A stretch of 61,622 bases of DNA, counting the filler, from Vezdaea acicularis (lineage: Eukaryota), in NCBI GenBank assembly GCA_026025075.1. It is 3 parts of 3 records of this genome, joined end to end, with 100 filler letters (N's around TTAATTAATTAA, not from the genome) between each part and the next. Parts side by side here need not be neighbours in the genome. Positions count along the whole stretch, not along the records: positions 20,662 to 41,179 come from JAPEUI010000197.1; positions 41,280 to 61,622 come from JAPEUI010000198.1; 1 more part is not named here. One strand, 5' to 3'. Shown piece after piece: positions 35,483-47,765 of this stretch. The position numbers and the translations under genes were made by a program. Numbering within the stretch: position 1 is the first letter of the stretch; the number at the start of each line of letters is the position of its first letter. The notes under the pieces were generated by a model. That model was not told where the DNA came from and did not search any database. It saw only the letters and a program-made list of their open reading frames with translations.

Positions 35483-37435
35483 TTACACAATGCTGGAAGT
35501 CGAACGGCTGTGAAAATTTTGTAAGGAGGCTCTGTTGCCTGCGATGGAGGAGAGTGTTCCTGCTCCGTGCGGCTGATGTTGAGCCTCGTTGCTGGAAGGT
35601 GTTGATACAGAACGACTATGAGCTGGTTCCCTCCGTTTCTTTGACACATCTCTAGGTTTATTATGAGTATGACACTAAATAGAGTCAGTCTCGAATCTCT
35701 CAAGCCATAAAAGCGTAGGATAGCCAGAGTGGTATAAATGCACAGGACAGGAGACAGGCCGGAGCATGGCTTTGGGGAGGGAGGGGGGAAAGGGTGAATA
35801 GCTGACCTTGTATGCGTGTCTGAAGTAACTTGTTCCCTTCTTCTTTGCGTTGACTAAAGAAACCCACTGACGACAATTTCCACATAGTCCTTCCCAAACC
35901 TCGGAGTTTGCGCTTGAACGTCTGAAGTCCAGTGGTGCTTTGAATAATTGCCCCGTAGCGGCGCTGATACCGTGAAAAAATGAGCAGTGGTACCAGAAAG
36001 CGGAATTCTTGAGTACAAGCCACCGCCCACAGAAACTGCACCATCCTTCGCGCTTATGGCCATGACCACGAATGAAGCGGGGTGTGTACAGATCACCTTC
36101 AAAGCGGAGTTCTTGCTCATGTGGGAGTAACTGTGGATCCAGAGGATACATGTCAGTGTCTATAGGTCTCTCTTGCCTGCCCTTCAGCGATGCATATAGA
36201 TCAGGAGCATCTGCTTCTTTAGGCGTCGCACCATGAAATAGAGATGCAGATGCATTTTCAAATTGTTGAAGGCCTAAAGACTCTGCAGAATGTGACGGCG
36301 TATGATTCCCAAATCTACCGAACTGAGAGGCGAACAGATTTGTGACATCGGAGAATTCGCTTGAGTTGGTATATCCAAGAGACTCTTGGGGAGAGATTGC
36401 TGGAGGCGGGAAGATCATCGGGGTGCGGGGTCCATGAGGTCCGTGACCTTGATGAGGAGTGCTTACAGAGTGCGAAGGCGACTGTCCCGGGGATCTATGA
36501 GTAGGGCCTTTTGACCATCTTGCACGACGATCGATTTGCGGATATGGGCTAGGCCGCTGATACTCGCGAGCAGAGTTAGAAAGGCGCCGGTGGACACCAC
36601 TTTCGAGCCTTGTACGTTGATTTGAGGAAAACTCAAGTGGCGATGATGTATTCGAATTAGTCGGAAACCTTCCATCTATTGATACTCTCAGACTCGATAC
36701 ATTATGGTTGAGAGTTGTAAGGTCTTCAAATGAGGGGACTTCGGTCATAGGACCAGAGCTAGACAGTGAAGCTGAAGATAGCGACGGTCTGCGTAGTCCA
36801 TCAGGGCCTGGGCGGCACTCATAATTTCGAAGGTCGGAGAAGTCTTGAAAGATGAGATCTTGGCTTTCAAATGTGTTGAAGCCTCCAGTAGCTTCATCCA
36901 AAGTTTTCGCTGATTGTAGAGTGACATTGTCGATAAATTGCTGTGCAACAGAGCCGTCTGTGGGCAAGGGCGTTATATATGGCTCCTTTGATGTAGGCCA
37001 AAATCTGTCGTTCCACGCCATGGTAGACTGATTCTCACTCTGAGAGACCGAGTAAGCTCCAGGAGTAGGGCTACAAGAGCTAGGTGCAAAGATCCCATCA
37101 TTTCCCCAAGGCTCAGAGATAGTCGCTCTCTCTGGCGTATATTCGAGGATGAGGCTCGGCCCAGGCTGCCGCCGTACATTAGGGCTAGCATCAGCCGAGT
37201 TGCTCAGCTGGCTCGCCCATTCCGTCGAGATATCAGGGTACTTCTCAAGGCGGACTTCTTGGGGAGCTAGCTTGGTATCTTGGGACGATGTACTCCCTTG
37301 AATATCCCTAGTATCCTGGATACCTTGCAGGGCAGTTCGACACGTGAGAGGGCTTGACGCTAATGAGGCAGAGGCGTGGTTCGTTGATTGCAGCCCGGCC
37401 AAGGGATATCGAAAATTAGATGGATGTATATTCAT
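35483..37435 (-). CDS. DUF4451 / Rua1-type putative transcription regulator
   Basis: QELRFEGDLYTPRFIRGHGHKREGWCSFCGRWLVLKNSAFWYHCSFFHGISAATG..WEGLCGNC..FRHAYK|CH. The last exon 35674-35483 follows an intron. Confidence 0.8.
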
Positions 37436-38939
37436 CTTCAGTCAACGCCACAGTATGAGGTAAGTATGAGGTAACTAGATTTTCTCTACTATGCTACACA
37501 GTCAGTAATCCTTATAATTAAAGTAGAACGCATCGAGATCTGCCCACCCCAATCACGGGAGAGAAGCGAGAAAGCAAGGGGTAGCAATGCGCACTTCCCC
37601 AATGCTTATGGCTGCGCAGATGTAGTTTACTTACCTTTAGAAGAAGGTAAGGAACACCTTGGAGACACCAAATACCATAGTATATTACGCCGATCAATTG
37701 CAAAAGGTGGTCGCAAACAGGTAAGCGCTTACAAGGACTAGAGGAGCAGCAAAGAAATCTCAATCAAAAAGAATCAAAGCACATAACGAGCGTAACCTCA
37801 GATGAAGGAGATCAACGGAACCTGCGGCAGGTTCGCGTAGTAGAAAAAGCTCAGGCGTCTCGCAAACAACTTTGTAATTAAAATGTTTATCGAGAATTAC
37901 GATAACGGGGCATTGGGACAATGATATAGAGCTTCCAGCTTGAGGAAACGTCGGCGCATTCCACGCTTGTGAGAGCAGCAGAGGAGGAATGCGCATCTCC
38001 TCCGTTTCATGGCCTATTCTTGGGGCAAAGCCAACTTCGGCCGCGTGAGCCTCAGTGCCGGGTCCGCTGTCACTGTGCATACCGTCTCAAGATGAAAAGA
38101 AAAGAGGTAATTCGAACGGTTCCCAATTCACAATCTACAGTATTCGCTGCAACCTGCGTAGACGCCCGTCGCAGAGATGAAACTCAGAGCCCCTCGAGGC
38201 GAAGCGAACCAAGTGTTGGACCGGTCGACGTCTGATCGACGAGTTAAGTAATGCGCCTAGATTTGGCGCCCGTTTGAGGTTAGGCCGCTGGAACTGGCCG
38301 CCCGGTAAAGATATAACATTTCTTCGTTGAAGGAAAATATTCACGAGCAGACTGATGGCGATACTCAAGGGGCATCATGAGAGACGGACCCAACTCCTTC
38401 GCGCTGATCTGGCGATCCGCAGATGGCAAGCGCTGATTTGCGCTCGCCTAAGATGGATTCCTCAAGACTTGCCGGTTCTGCTTGCAGTATTTCTAACGGT
38501 TAAAGACTTCTAGCAATGACCGCTTCTGATGAGGCATGAGATGTATTGTTGAGCTGCGAATTGCTGAGACGAATCCACGTGATGGCCGTGCCCTTCAAAT
38601 GAGTTTCTCCCTGTTCCGGGTCCTCTGGATGAGGGCGAGCCCTTCGGACACTATTTTGACGCTAAGGGATGCTTGTCGTTCCGCCAAAAGCCGGAGTGGC
38701 AAAGATCTATCTTCAAGGTGCCATTAACAGGCAGCATATTACATGATTATTGTTCATCCCTCTCGAGCAGTCAATCAGATATCTCTATTCTTCTACTAAT
38801 CACCCGAGCATGGATTAGATACTAATCTAAGCTTTGTTAGTGCGCTTCCAGCGAAGAAGCTGCCCAACCTTCATCTTCTCCAACCTCCCATCCTTCTCTT
38901 TCTCATCTCATCAACGTCTCCACGAAGTCATCAAGCATT

Positions 38940-40355
38940 ATGGCGTCCTCGAGCAACGACACCGCAGCGCCATTTCCTGAGCTTGACAGCACGGCTACTC
39001 GAACTTCGACTCATGCCCAGAATGCAAGCGGATCCAGGTCTCGAGGCTCGTCCGGGGCATCCGGCCGTGTTCGTGGAGCGTCTGTACGGTTCCTAGAGTC
39101 ATCTCCGCCGTTAGGCTTTCTCGCTGCAACAGGAGAAGCTGCAGCGTTTGCACCCACCATCACTGATATCCGGCGGGGAAGCTATGCGAATCCAGAGACG
39201 CAGAGCGCATGGCGGAGAAGTTCCATGAGTGATCGTGAACTATCACATGCCGGTGTCTCAAGACCTTCATTCTCGAGATCACCAACTGCTGGAACGACTG
39301 GGTTGCCAGCTCATCAGGAAGAAGAGGCTGTCAAAGAACCACCCCTACACGCGGAGAAAGTTTCCAATAAGGACGGAATATCAGCCGCTCCTCCGGTCGC
39401 AGAACCTTCTAAATCGCCTCCTCCAGCGCTCGCCGAAGAACGCAGCAGCTCCGAGTCGCCAAACACCCCCGATGGCAATTATCCGACCGGTTATCGCTTC
39501 CCTCCCAAGCACACATGGCAGCAGGCAACTCTCATCGGCCTAAAGGCCTTCTGGAAATTCTTCATAACGCCCTTCGGCTTCTTGATCATAATCTACGGCG
39601 CAAACATCGTCGCTTGGGGCGGCATGTTGTTCCTTCTTCTCATCGGTGGTGGGAAGGCGCTTTGTCATCCTACCTGTAACGATATCAATTCTCCGCGCCG
39701 CAAGTGGATCGAAATAGATTCACAGATTCTCAACGCACTGTTCTGCGTCACCGGCTTCGGGCTTATTCCCTGGCGGTTTCGAGACCTCTATTATCTAATG
39801 AAGTTCCGTCTGCAACATCGTTATGATGCTTTGAGGCAGCTGGCAGGTATCAACCGCTCATGGTTTCGCCTTGCAGGATCAGAGAACCGCCCAGTGCCTG
39901 GCATCATGTTCGCCCATATGCCGGGAGAGGAGGATGACCGGGCACTTCCACTGCCTATAACTGCAGAACCTGATCAACCACTGACAGGCATAAGAGCCCC
40001 ACCGACCCCGGTTTGGAAACTTGATCTTGTCATCTGGTTATATGTCTGGAATACATTTTTGCAAGCTGTGCTCTGTGGCTTCATGTGGGGTTACAACCGG
40101 TATAAACGACCGAGCTGGAGCACCGGACTCTTTGTTGCCCTTGCATGTATTGTCGCTGCGGCTGGAGGTTATATCGTATTCCTCGAGGGGAAGAAGGTAA
40201 AGAAGATTGAGGGCGTACCTTGGGGTGCCGAGGATCTCCTGTTGGATGCAGAGAAAGGAGTCCCAACCGCGATAGAGGTTCAAGAAAAAAAAGAGGTGAA
40301 AGTAGAAAAGAAGGGTGGTTGGTTAAACAAGCATAAGAACGTCGTCGTCGGGTGA
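38940..40355 (+). CDS. DUF2985-family membrane protein
   Basis: TPFGFLIIIYGANIVAWGGMLFLLL, RRKWIEIDSQILNALFCVTGFGLIPWRFRDLY, NTFLQAVLCGFMWGYNRYKRPSW. Confidence 0.82.
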   Translation: MASSSNDTAAPFPELDSTATRTSTHAQNASGSRSRGSSGASGRVRGASVRFLESSPPLGFLAATGEAAAFAPTITDIRRGSYANPETQSAWRRSSMSDRELSHAGVSRPSFSRSPTAGTTGLPAHQEEEAVKEPPLHAEKVSNKDGISAAPPVAEPSKSPPPALAEERSSSESPNTPDGNYPTGYRFPPKHTWQQATLIGLKAFWKFFITPFGFLIIIYGANIVAWGGMLFLLLIGGGKALCHPTCNDINSPRRKWIEIDSQILNALFCVTGFGLIPWRFRDLYYLMKFRLQHRYDALRQLAGINRSWFRLAGSENRPVPGIMFAHMPGEEDDRALPLPITAEPDQPLTGIRAPPTPVWKLDLVIWLYVWNTFLQAVLCGFMWGYNRYKRPSWSTGLFVALACIVAAAGGYIVFLEGKKVKKIEGVPWGAEDLLLDAEKGVPTAIEVQEKKEVKVEKKGGWLNKHKNVVVG

Positions 40356-41179
40356 AGGCCTCAGCAAGCTCTCCGTTCTGTCAGACCTACTTGTTTTCCT
40401 CTTAAGAAGATCTTCTGGAAGATCCACGGAAGTGAACGGTTTAATGACATAAGCTGTAAAGTACTTTAATATCATAGCGACGTCACGAATATTGGTGACT
40501 TCCTCGAGCAGAAGTAGCAGGCCGCATTGGAGGGCACAATCAACAGTGGACAGAATCATGAGATTTGCTTGGCCATCGCTTTTACTTTCATTTCTAGGGC
40601 ATCCTGTCCTACCGTGCTGATGTTGTTCCGTGGTGGAGACGAAGGCCAGCGTGTGTCCACTGGAGTTGGGCTTGCCTGACGTCTTAGCTGTTGTATATCA
40701 GAGCATTTCAGCATTGGATTATGACTCTGTTATGTTTGTATCACAGCCATGATATCGCAAGGCAACTATTCTTGTACATATCTCATATGATCTTGATATT
40801 CAGTACTTGAATTTCAGCGTTGACTAGCCTGTTGATTGAGGTAGTGCCTCTTCCTAGTCTGCCGAAATAGCTGCTCTCACTAAAATATAATTATGAAAGC
40901 ATGTTGCTATTACATACATGACTTCGATCTTGCTACCAAGCCCTCTACATCCATTAATCGCGTTTGCCTCAGGAATGCCAAGATCAGGGTGAGGTCAGGA
41001 GACGTGAAAACATGAGAAAAGCCGCAACCATAGTCTTCTGCGTCATTAGCTCATGTTGAGTGATCAAGCGATATAGGCCCGCGTCCTGGCTGCCTGTGAA
41101 GATCCACATTCGGCCATCAAGGGGTACATGATGTGTTTTACACATAATTGAAGCAGATACAAGAACCGAAAATCTCCAT

Positions 41180-41279
41180 NNNNNNNNNNNNNNNNNNNNN
41201 NNNNNNNNNNNNNNNNNNNNNNNTTAATTAATTAANNNNNNNNNNNNNNNNNNNNNNNNNNNNNNNNNNNNNNNNNNNN
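41180..41279. other. Artificial assembly spacer (44N-TTAATTAATTAA-44N)
   Basis: Same 100-bp design as 20562-20661. Confidence 0.95.
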
Positions 41280-42146
41280 CTCTGGGAGCGCAACGCGCGT
41301 TTCTACATCCCCGCCGTGCACGGCTCCTGGGACGAATTCTCCCAGATCTCCCGCTACCAGACCGAGCTCGGCACCGACAGCGCCAACAACATCTGGTCGT
41401 CCCTCGCCGCCGGCCAACGCGACGCCGCAGCCGGCAGCGGCGCCCCCCACGGCGACAAGCCCATCTGGGGCCCCGAGCCCCCCCTCGACGACACCCTCTA
41501 CACCGCCGACGACCCCATCCCGCCGCACTCCCACGACGCCGACAAGCACACCTGGGGCGTCGGCGAGGACGCCGACCTCATCACGCTTAACCCCCTCTTC
41601 GACCCCGACGGTACCACCTGGCTCCTCGCCAACGACATCACCGGCTACAACACCAGCCGGGCCCTGCCCCCCCGCCGCGCCAGCATCATCACCGCCAGCC
41701 GCCTCTCCGCCCGCCTCCTCCGCGCCATGCACCGCGAGACCAGCCTCGCCCGCCATACCATGTTCAGCGAAATGTGGCCCGCCACCGTCGCCCTCCACCA
41801 CGGCTTCAAAGCCGTCTACGCCCCGCACCCCTCCTACATCGACCGCCAATGGCCCCTCAAGTACCTCGCCAACGTCTTCAACGCCGGCCGCAACGGCGCC
41901 AGCGGCGGCGCCCGCACCAGCGTCTTTGGCGACCGCGAACACAACTTTAAGGGCTCCACCTGGTATTATAATGCTGGCTTCGCCCCGAATCTTTGGGTTC
42001 GTTGGCTCGGCCTCGTCGGCCATAATGATGGCGGAGAGGCCTGGGAGAGGGAGGGCGAGGGTAGAATGTGTCTCCCGCCTATGCTGCTACATCCGATGAA
42101 AGGCGTCGAGCTCATCGTCGAGGAGGTGGAGGGGGGCGCGCCTTGA
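41280..42146 (+). CDS. DUF3405-family protein, C-terminal part (5' truncated by gap)
   Basis: LWERNARFYIP, WGVGEDADLITLNPLFDP, ITASRLSARLL, SEMWPATVALHHGFKAVYAPHP, MCLPPMLLHPMK. Confidence 0.8.
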   Translation, partial: LWERNARFYIPAVHGSWDEFSQISRYQTELGTDSANNIWSSLAAGQRDAAAGSGAPHGDKPIWGPEPPLDDTLYTADDPIPPHSHDADKHTWGVGEDADLITLNPLFDPDGTTWLLANDITGYNTSRALPPRRASIITASRLSARLLRAMHRETSLARHTMFSEMWPATVALHHGFKAVYAPHPSYIDRQWPLKYLANVFNAGRNGASGGARTSVFGDREHNFKGSTWYYNAGFAPNLWVRWLGLVGHNDGGEAWEREGEGRMCLPPMLLHPMKGVELIVEEVEGGAP

Positions 42147-43334
42147 AGGCGGGGGTTTAAGGAAGGGGGTGGGTTTGAGTATATACGGGATGGGATTCAA
42201 AGCGATGTTGTTTGTGTGTGCATGTGGTTTTTTTTGGCATGGACGGCGTTCCTTCTTGAGTAGCAGCACATTCACACTTTTTGGGGTGTTTTCGTGAGCG
42301 GGACGCGCGTTTTTTTGGGGAGTTGCGCCTTGGGGATAATATCTATAACCCTTTTTTTTTGGGTTTTACGCTCAAGAGTGGCATAGCGTCCTAGCGTACA
42401 TAGTGAATAAAAGGACATTATATCCCGATATTTGGCCTTGATATTGGCTATCGAGCGGAACAGCCCGCGCACCGCCAATAAGTGAACTTGAACGTGTTCC
42501 AGAAGCGGAAGCAAAACACAACCGCAAGCAACATGGAACCAAAAGAAATGCATACAACCTCAACTCCCAATCATCAACCATAGCACAACGGCAGTTACGA
42601 TGAAGATTTTCTGATGATGCAAATGATCGACTTGGTTGTTGATGCATATGTGAGCATCATCTTCGGTATTTAAACATGTCCTATAACATTTCTCTTCGTC
42701 CTTCACTGATATTAGGAGCATCGTCTCATTCTCCAATCTCTGAGGCATCAGGTTTTCACCGACAGTATTGTGGAAGGATATTCTAGTCTTTTTGGTTACT
42801 GGGGAAGCAGTAAAAGTTTGCTATGGTAGAGGTCAAAATGGCACGGTGCAGTGGTTGATGATTGGAAATGAAGGTTGTATGCAATTTGGTACATTTTGCT
42901 TCCGCTTGTGGAATACGTTTTATATTTGGGCATGAACTTGCCGTCGAGCTAAAGAGCCAGTGTACCGCTAATAAGTGAATTTGATGTTGGTCGAACATCG
43001 TTGATGGTGGCGTGACGTGAATATCGTGGAATAGAAGGTTTTCTAACAATGATTATTGATTCCTCCCCTGAGATCTTAGGGTTTGAAAAGCGCTAAATCT
43101 AGCTAGAGGCTAAGTTTCAAAGCGCTGAGCCTCGCCACAAGTCGAATTTGGAGTCGTGTTGGGGCTGAGCTTGAAACCTCAGGTTGAATTCAGGAGAAGA
43201 GGGGCGGGAGGGTTGTGGGATGGGCATGAAATCCAGTCTCAGATCTCCACCGCAGGTCCTGGATACGTGAACGCTCGTCCAATGGTGGACGGAGGGTTAA
43301 GTAGACAGGGATTGTGTATGAGTTGTGGCTCTCT

Positions 43335-44540
43335 CTAGAGCTCGTCGGTCATGCCAGGAAATCCGGTGAACTTGAATGTCTTTTTTATAAGTTCTTGGGA
43401 AGACCCGTCATCCCGGCGCCAGCGAAGCGTAGTATCGATTTCTGGACATTTCTCCGAGATGAGCGGAATCTCGTACAGCTCTCCGTCATCATCATAATGG
43501 GTAAGAAGATTCTCGAAGACATCAACACCCCTGGCTCCCAGCACTGTCGCCACGCCAACAGCATCGGCGCCAACGCTGATCATCCGCGCATAACCACAGG
43601 AGTCGTAGACACCGCCTACGCCGATGATCGTGATGTGCTTCAGCTCTGGTCTGGCATTAAGTTTTCTCCGCAAGGTATTGACGTTTCCTAGAGCAAGCGG
43701 ATGGATAGAGACCCCTCCCAGACCACAAATGCCGGTCAAGTCAGCAGACGGGATGAGTCGGAAAGACTCGTCATTTTCTACGCTGACAACCATGGATGAT
43801 CCTAGGGTATTGATCGCTGTGAGAAAAGCAATTGGTGTGTTGCTTCTCGGTTTCGCTGGAGCCTTGACATCGGCAAAAGGAAGATTCAGGGCGGCGTCGG
43901 GGAATAAACCCTTGATAAGGTCGTCGAATTGTGTCTCATACGTATATGGTGGCAGCTTGAGGCCGACGCGCACCAGATTTTCAGATGGAGGTTCAAGGCT
44001 AGAGAGCATTGTATTGATATTGGTGATGTACTCGCGGAGGTGTTGAGTACTGTACGCTGGCGGCGGTTTCTGAGGTATGTTCGGGCAGGAGAGGTTGACT
44101 TCCATTAGAACGACACATTTTTTTGGTAAGTTTTTCGCCAATCTGAAGATCTTCCTATAACTTAAGGCCACCTCAACTGCGCTGCCAGTCACTGAGATGA
44201 TAAAGGGTTTTCTTCCTACACCAAGCGTGCGGTCTTGCAAGAGACTTTTGGCGGCGTTCAAATAATAGTCCAATTTGTATGGGCTATAGCCGAGAGAATT
44301 TAGGCTGCTACAATTTGCAGCCCCTGGGTCACCCTTTACCACCTCTTCCGTGGTGTCGGGAGCAAAGAATGCTTGCTGACGAACATTCTCGTTGTGGTTG
44401 AATCCACCGAGAGTACAGGTTCTCGTTGTGACTGCACCAGTGAAGTCACATTCGTACAGAGCTCGCAACTCCTCGACTGTGGTCGCCCACAGACTGGCAG
44501 AATTGAGTATGGGCGGTTGAAACCGCAACTTAGGTACCAT
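43335..44540 (-). CDS. Class-1A dihydroorotate-dehydrogenase-family FMN oxidoreductase (Ura1-like; may be a dihydrouracil oxidase)
   Basis: ILNSA, GAVTTRT, NSLGYS, EVNLSCPN (catalytic Cys), VGLKLPPY, AINTLG, GLGG..IHPLALGNV, IIGVGGV; no N-terminal membrane anchor; intronless. Confidence 0.85.
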   Translation of the reverse strand: MVPKLRFQPPILNSASLWATTVEELRALYECDFTGAVTTRTCTLGGFNHNENVRQQAFFAPDTTEEVVKGDPGAANCSSLNSLGYSPYKLDYYLNAAKSLLQDRTLGVGRKPFIISVTGSAVEVALSYRKIFRLAKNLPKKCVVLMEVNLSCPNIPQKPPPAYSTQHLREYITNINTMLSSLEPPSENLVRVGLKLPPYTYETQFDDLIKGLFPDAALNLPFADVKAPAKPRSNTPIAFLTAINTLGSSMVVSVENDESFRLIPSADLTGICGLGGVSIHPLALGNVNTLRRKLNARPELKHITIIGVGGVYDSCGYARMISVGADAVGVATVLGARGVDVFENLLTHYDDDGELYEIPLISEKCPEIDTTLRWRRDDGSSQELIKKTFKFTGFPGMTDEL

Positions 44541-45255
44541 AGTTGTTTACTGGATATTGAAGTAGATGAGATTCTATCGATTTCACCCTTGGAACATAGA
44601 CGCGGGGTATAAGCGAAAACCTCCGGTCACCGGAAAGCTTAGTGTCATAAGTCGTCCTAGGAAATCATTCATATAATCATATCTTACTAGGCTTGAAGTT
44701 ACGTTTACAGCCAGTAACTACAGAATGTGTGGCAATTAGCTTAAATCTTTGTCTTCTCATCAAGAAACAAAAAGTGTGGAAGGCCGTCACGAGCGCGACA
44801 GCCTGTTCTACGATCTTTCAAGCAACTCACGTGTCAGAGCTTGGTTTGAACCATTGGTATTGTGAGCTTCTGGCCAAAGGAACACTCATCAGGATTTTCC
44901 AAGCATTCCTCGTGGTCATCCCCCTTGCAGAAACATTGAAATAGCCTAGAATCGGACAGTAAACAAACCCATTTCACCCGCGTCGGTTGGTTCTCGCTTC
45001 GCGTTTCGGTTTCTGCTACGCGGGCTGCACTACCTAATCCGGTTAGCACCTGATTTACGGTTGTCGCGACGCCGTGAATCAAAACATTGAGAGAAGTGGC
45101 ATTCTTAAAGCTCTACAATACCCCCACTTAGCTATACCTATTTTCCGTTCGTTTGCTCAGCTTTCACAATTGCTTTGAATACAGCTGGGTAGTGCGTCTC
45201 TCGGATTCGTATGTTGTGCCAAGATTGATCACTTAATCACGATTCAACCATTACA

Positions 45256-46737
45256 ATGGTGAGTTCATTGCTTGGTAGTCTCACCTCACTTCTCGTACAC
45301 GAATTGGATATGGTCCACACGACCTTTGAAGCAATGATTTCTATACTATCGCTATGAGTACTTATTAACGTCCAGATGCAGAACTCTAAATCTTTGCGCC
45401 GACTGGCAAGCGATCATGCCAACCTCCACACTGTCGCTCTTCCACCTTACTACCTCTTTCCTGCCGACTCCTCCAACAGCCCCATCCCTGACGACCTCAC
45501 ACAACTCTCAATACTGTTGACAGGACCGGCGGGCACACCTTATAGCGGCGGGCTATGGAGATTATACCTCAAGATCCCTACCGATTATCCTCACTCGCCA
45601 CCAAAAGCGTCTTTCAGAACAAAGATATGGCACCCCAACGTCGAAGAGAAGACCGGCGCCGTATGCGTTGATACGCTGAAGCGGGACTGGAATGACAACG
45701 TCACGCTGAGAGATATTCTTATTACGATATCTTGCCTGCTTATCCAACCTAATCCGGACTCAGCCCTTAACTCCGCAGCGGGAGCTCTGCTACAGGACGA
45801 CTTTGAGGAGTTCGCCAAGCAAGCGAAATTGATGACTTCAATTCATGCGCCCATTTCTGCGGATATGAAGGATGCTGTTCGAGAAGCACGAAGGAGGGGC
45901 GAGGACGAGGGAGTGGACATCGAGGAAGACATCGAAACTAGACGACCTACGATTAAGAAGGGCGCATCAAGCACCTCAAGCGTAGTGATGAAAAAGAAAC
46001 CACAGCCAGAGCGGACGGACAGTGGATATGCGAGTCTGGACGGCCCAGCATCGAGCTTATCGCGGCCTGCGCGGCGGATGCAAGTCTCAATTCAGACGCC
46101 TGCTGAGCCCCAGTCCGAAGATGAGGAGATCTACGATGAGGAGGCTGCTTCAAAGGAGAACGACCCATCTCTCTCACCCTCACCTGTCTCTCCCGCACCG
46201 CCTAGCCCAAGGAAGAACGTACTAGGAAAGCGGCCACTATCAGACCTGCCAACGCCCAAATCAGGCGAATATGCATATATTGACGATGATGAGGAGGTGG
46301 AAGGCGGATATGACGGAGAAAGGCTGAGCTCTAATGACCAAAATATTGCCGCGAACGCAGCAGAACCTATGGGGCCACCCGCACGAAAATCGCCTAAGTT
46401 GACTGAGCGGCTAAAGGGTGTCAACGCATCTGGTCGAATACGCAGTGATGCGAGTGGTGATGAGAGCAACGAAGCTATTTTCATCAAACCATACGATGAT
46501 GCTTCAGAGGGTGACATTCTTTCTCATGACAAGAGTAACATCTCTCGCACTTCGTTTCCTGATACACTTCCTAGCGATAGCTCAAACAGCAAAGAAGGGA
46601 AGGAGAATCCAGCAAAACCAAGCGCGAAAACAATGTCGAATACCCGACCATTGCTAGTTGCGTCTTCCAATAAGATCTCAGGAAAAACAAGTATACGATC
46701 AAAAGAAAAGGCGAGGACTGGACTGAAGCGACTATGA
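45256..46737 (+). CDS. Ubiquitin-conjugating enzyme E2, UBE2S-like, with long acidic/disordered tail
   Basis: GPAGTPYSGG, PTDYPHSPPK..FRTKIWHPNV..GAVCVDTLKRDW, LLIQPNPDSALN. Probable ATG-only first exon at 45256-45258 followed by GTGAGT; alternative start at 45376. Confidence 0.88.
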
Positions 46738-47765
46738 AGTCATGTTAGTATTGAGGGAAGCAGAATTTGGACACCGAGTTTGGATGCAGGCATGGATGGA
46801 GTTCAGTCCCTACGGGCAAGGCCACGCCTTTCCTTTATCAAGATGATATTACAGCGGTGCAGCATTGCCAACGGGAGCCTTTTGGTTTTCCTTGTGACAG
46901 CATTAGTATGCGTCTAGCATAATCAAACTTACTATAGGCCAAGAGCTTATTGAATACAAATCGACTTTTCGACAAGTGCTCTCTAGATTCTCCAAGTCCT
47001 AGACATATCATTAGTGAGATATTCGCCAGCTTGGCCCCACTGGATTCAGACAATCCGCCCAGCTTAGATTTTCTACGGCGGTGGTTATGTTTGGTCAAAG
47101 CAAAGTCTGGATAAGTAGGAGAGCGGGTGATGATGTTAGTTGTACCCCTGAAACTTAGAACTTCAAATGCACGAATAAGCCATACACCGTCTTTTACCGC
47201 CTACTTATTACTGCGCCTTTCTTTTTGATTGTTTAAACGTGGGGAATTCGGGCTGGTCATGGTAATCACGAGAATTAACACCATGCTAGGAGGACATTCT
47301 ACGCGCTCGGGCTACAGTACCTGCACAATCTCAATCCGCCGCTTGGCCAGTTCCCAATGATGAGGCCATGATGTCTGACTGTCTAAAAGCCAATTTGGAA
47401 TGACATGGATGTCCGAGCACCTGTCTGCATACAGTGGTGACTTTGGAGCTCATTAATCATGAAGGTGCTAACATGCGTCATGTTGGCCCGTGGAGGGTGA
47501 TCTGAGACGTACGAGACTCTAAGTGCATGCGGTGTCGCGTGCTCCACGCTCGTATGCGGACGGGCCCTGCAGCTTTCCGGACACAAGGCTGAGCTGCTGA
47601 TGCCGCACTGAAACGTCGTCCACTCATACCCAGCTCGAAGTCCCGTCGCTTGGTTGGACTTTCACCTGACCTATGCATTTCCATTAAATCGATATTTATA
47701 TGGAGCGGTCGAGCTGTCACTGAGACAATCACCAGTATGAGCTGTTCGAGAACACTATCCTTACC

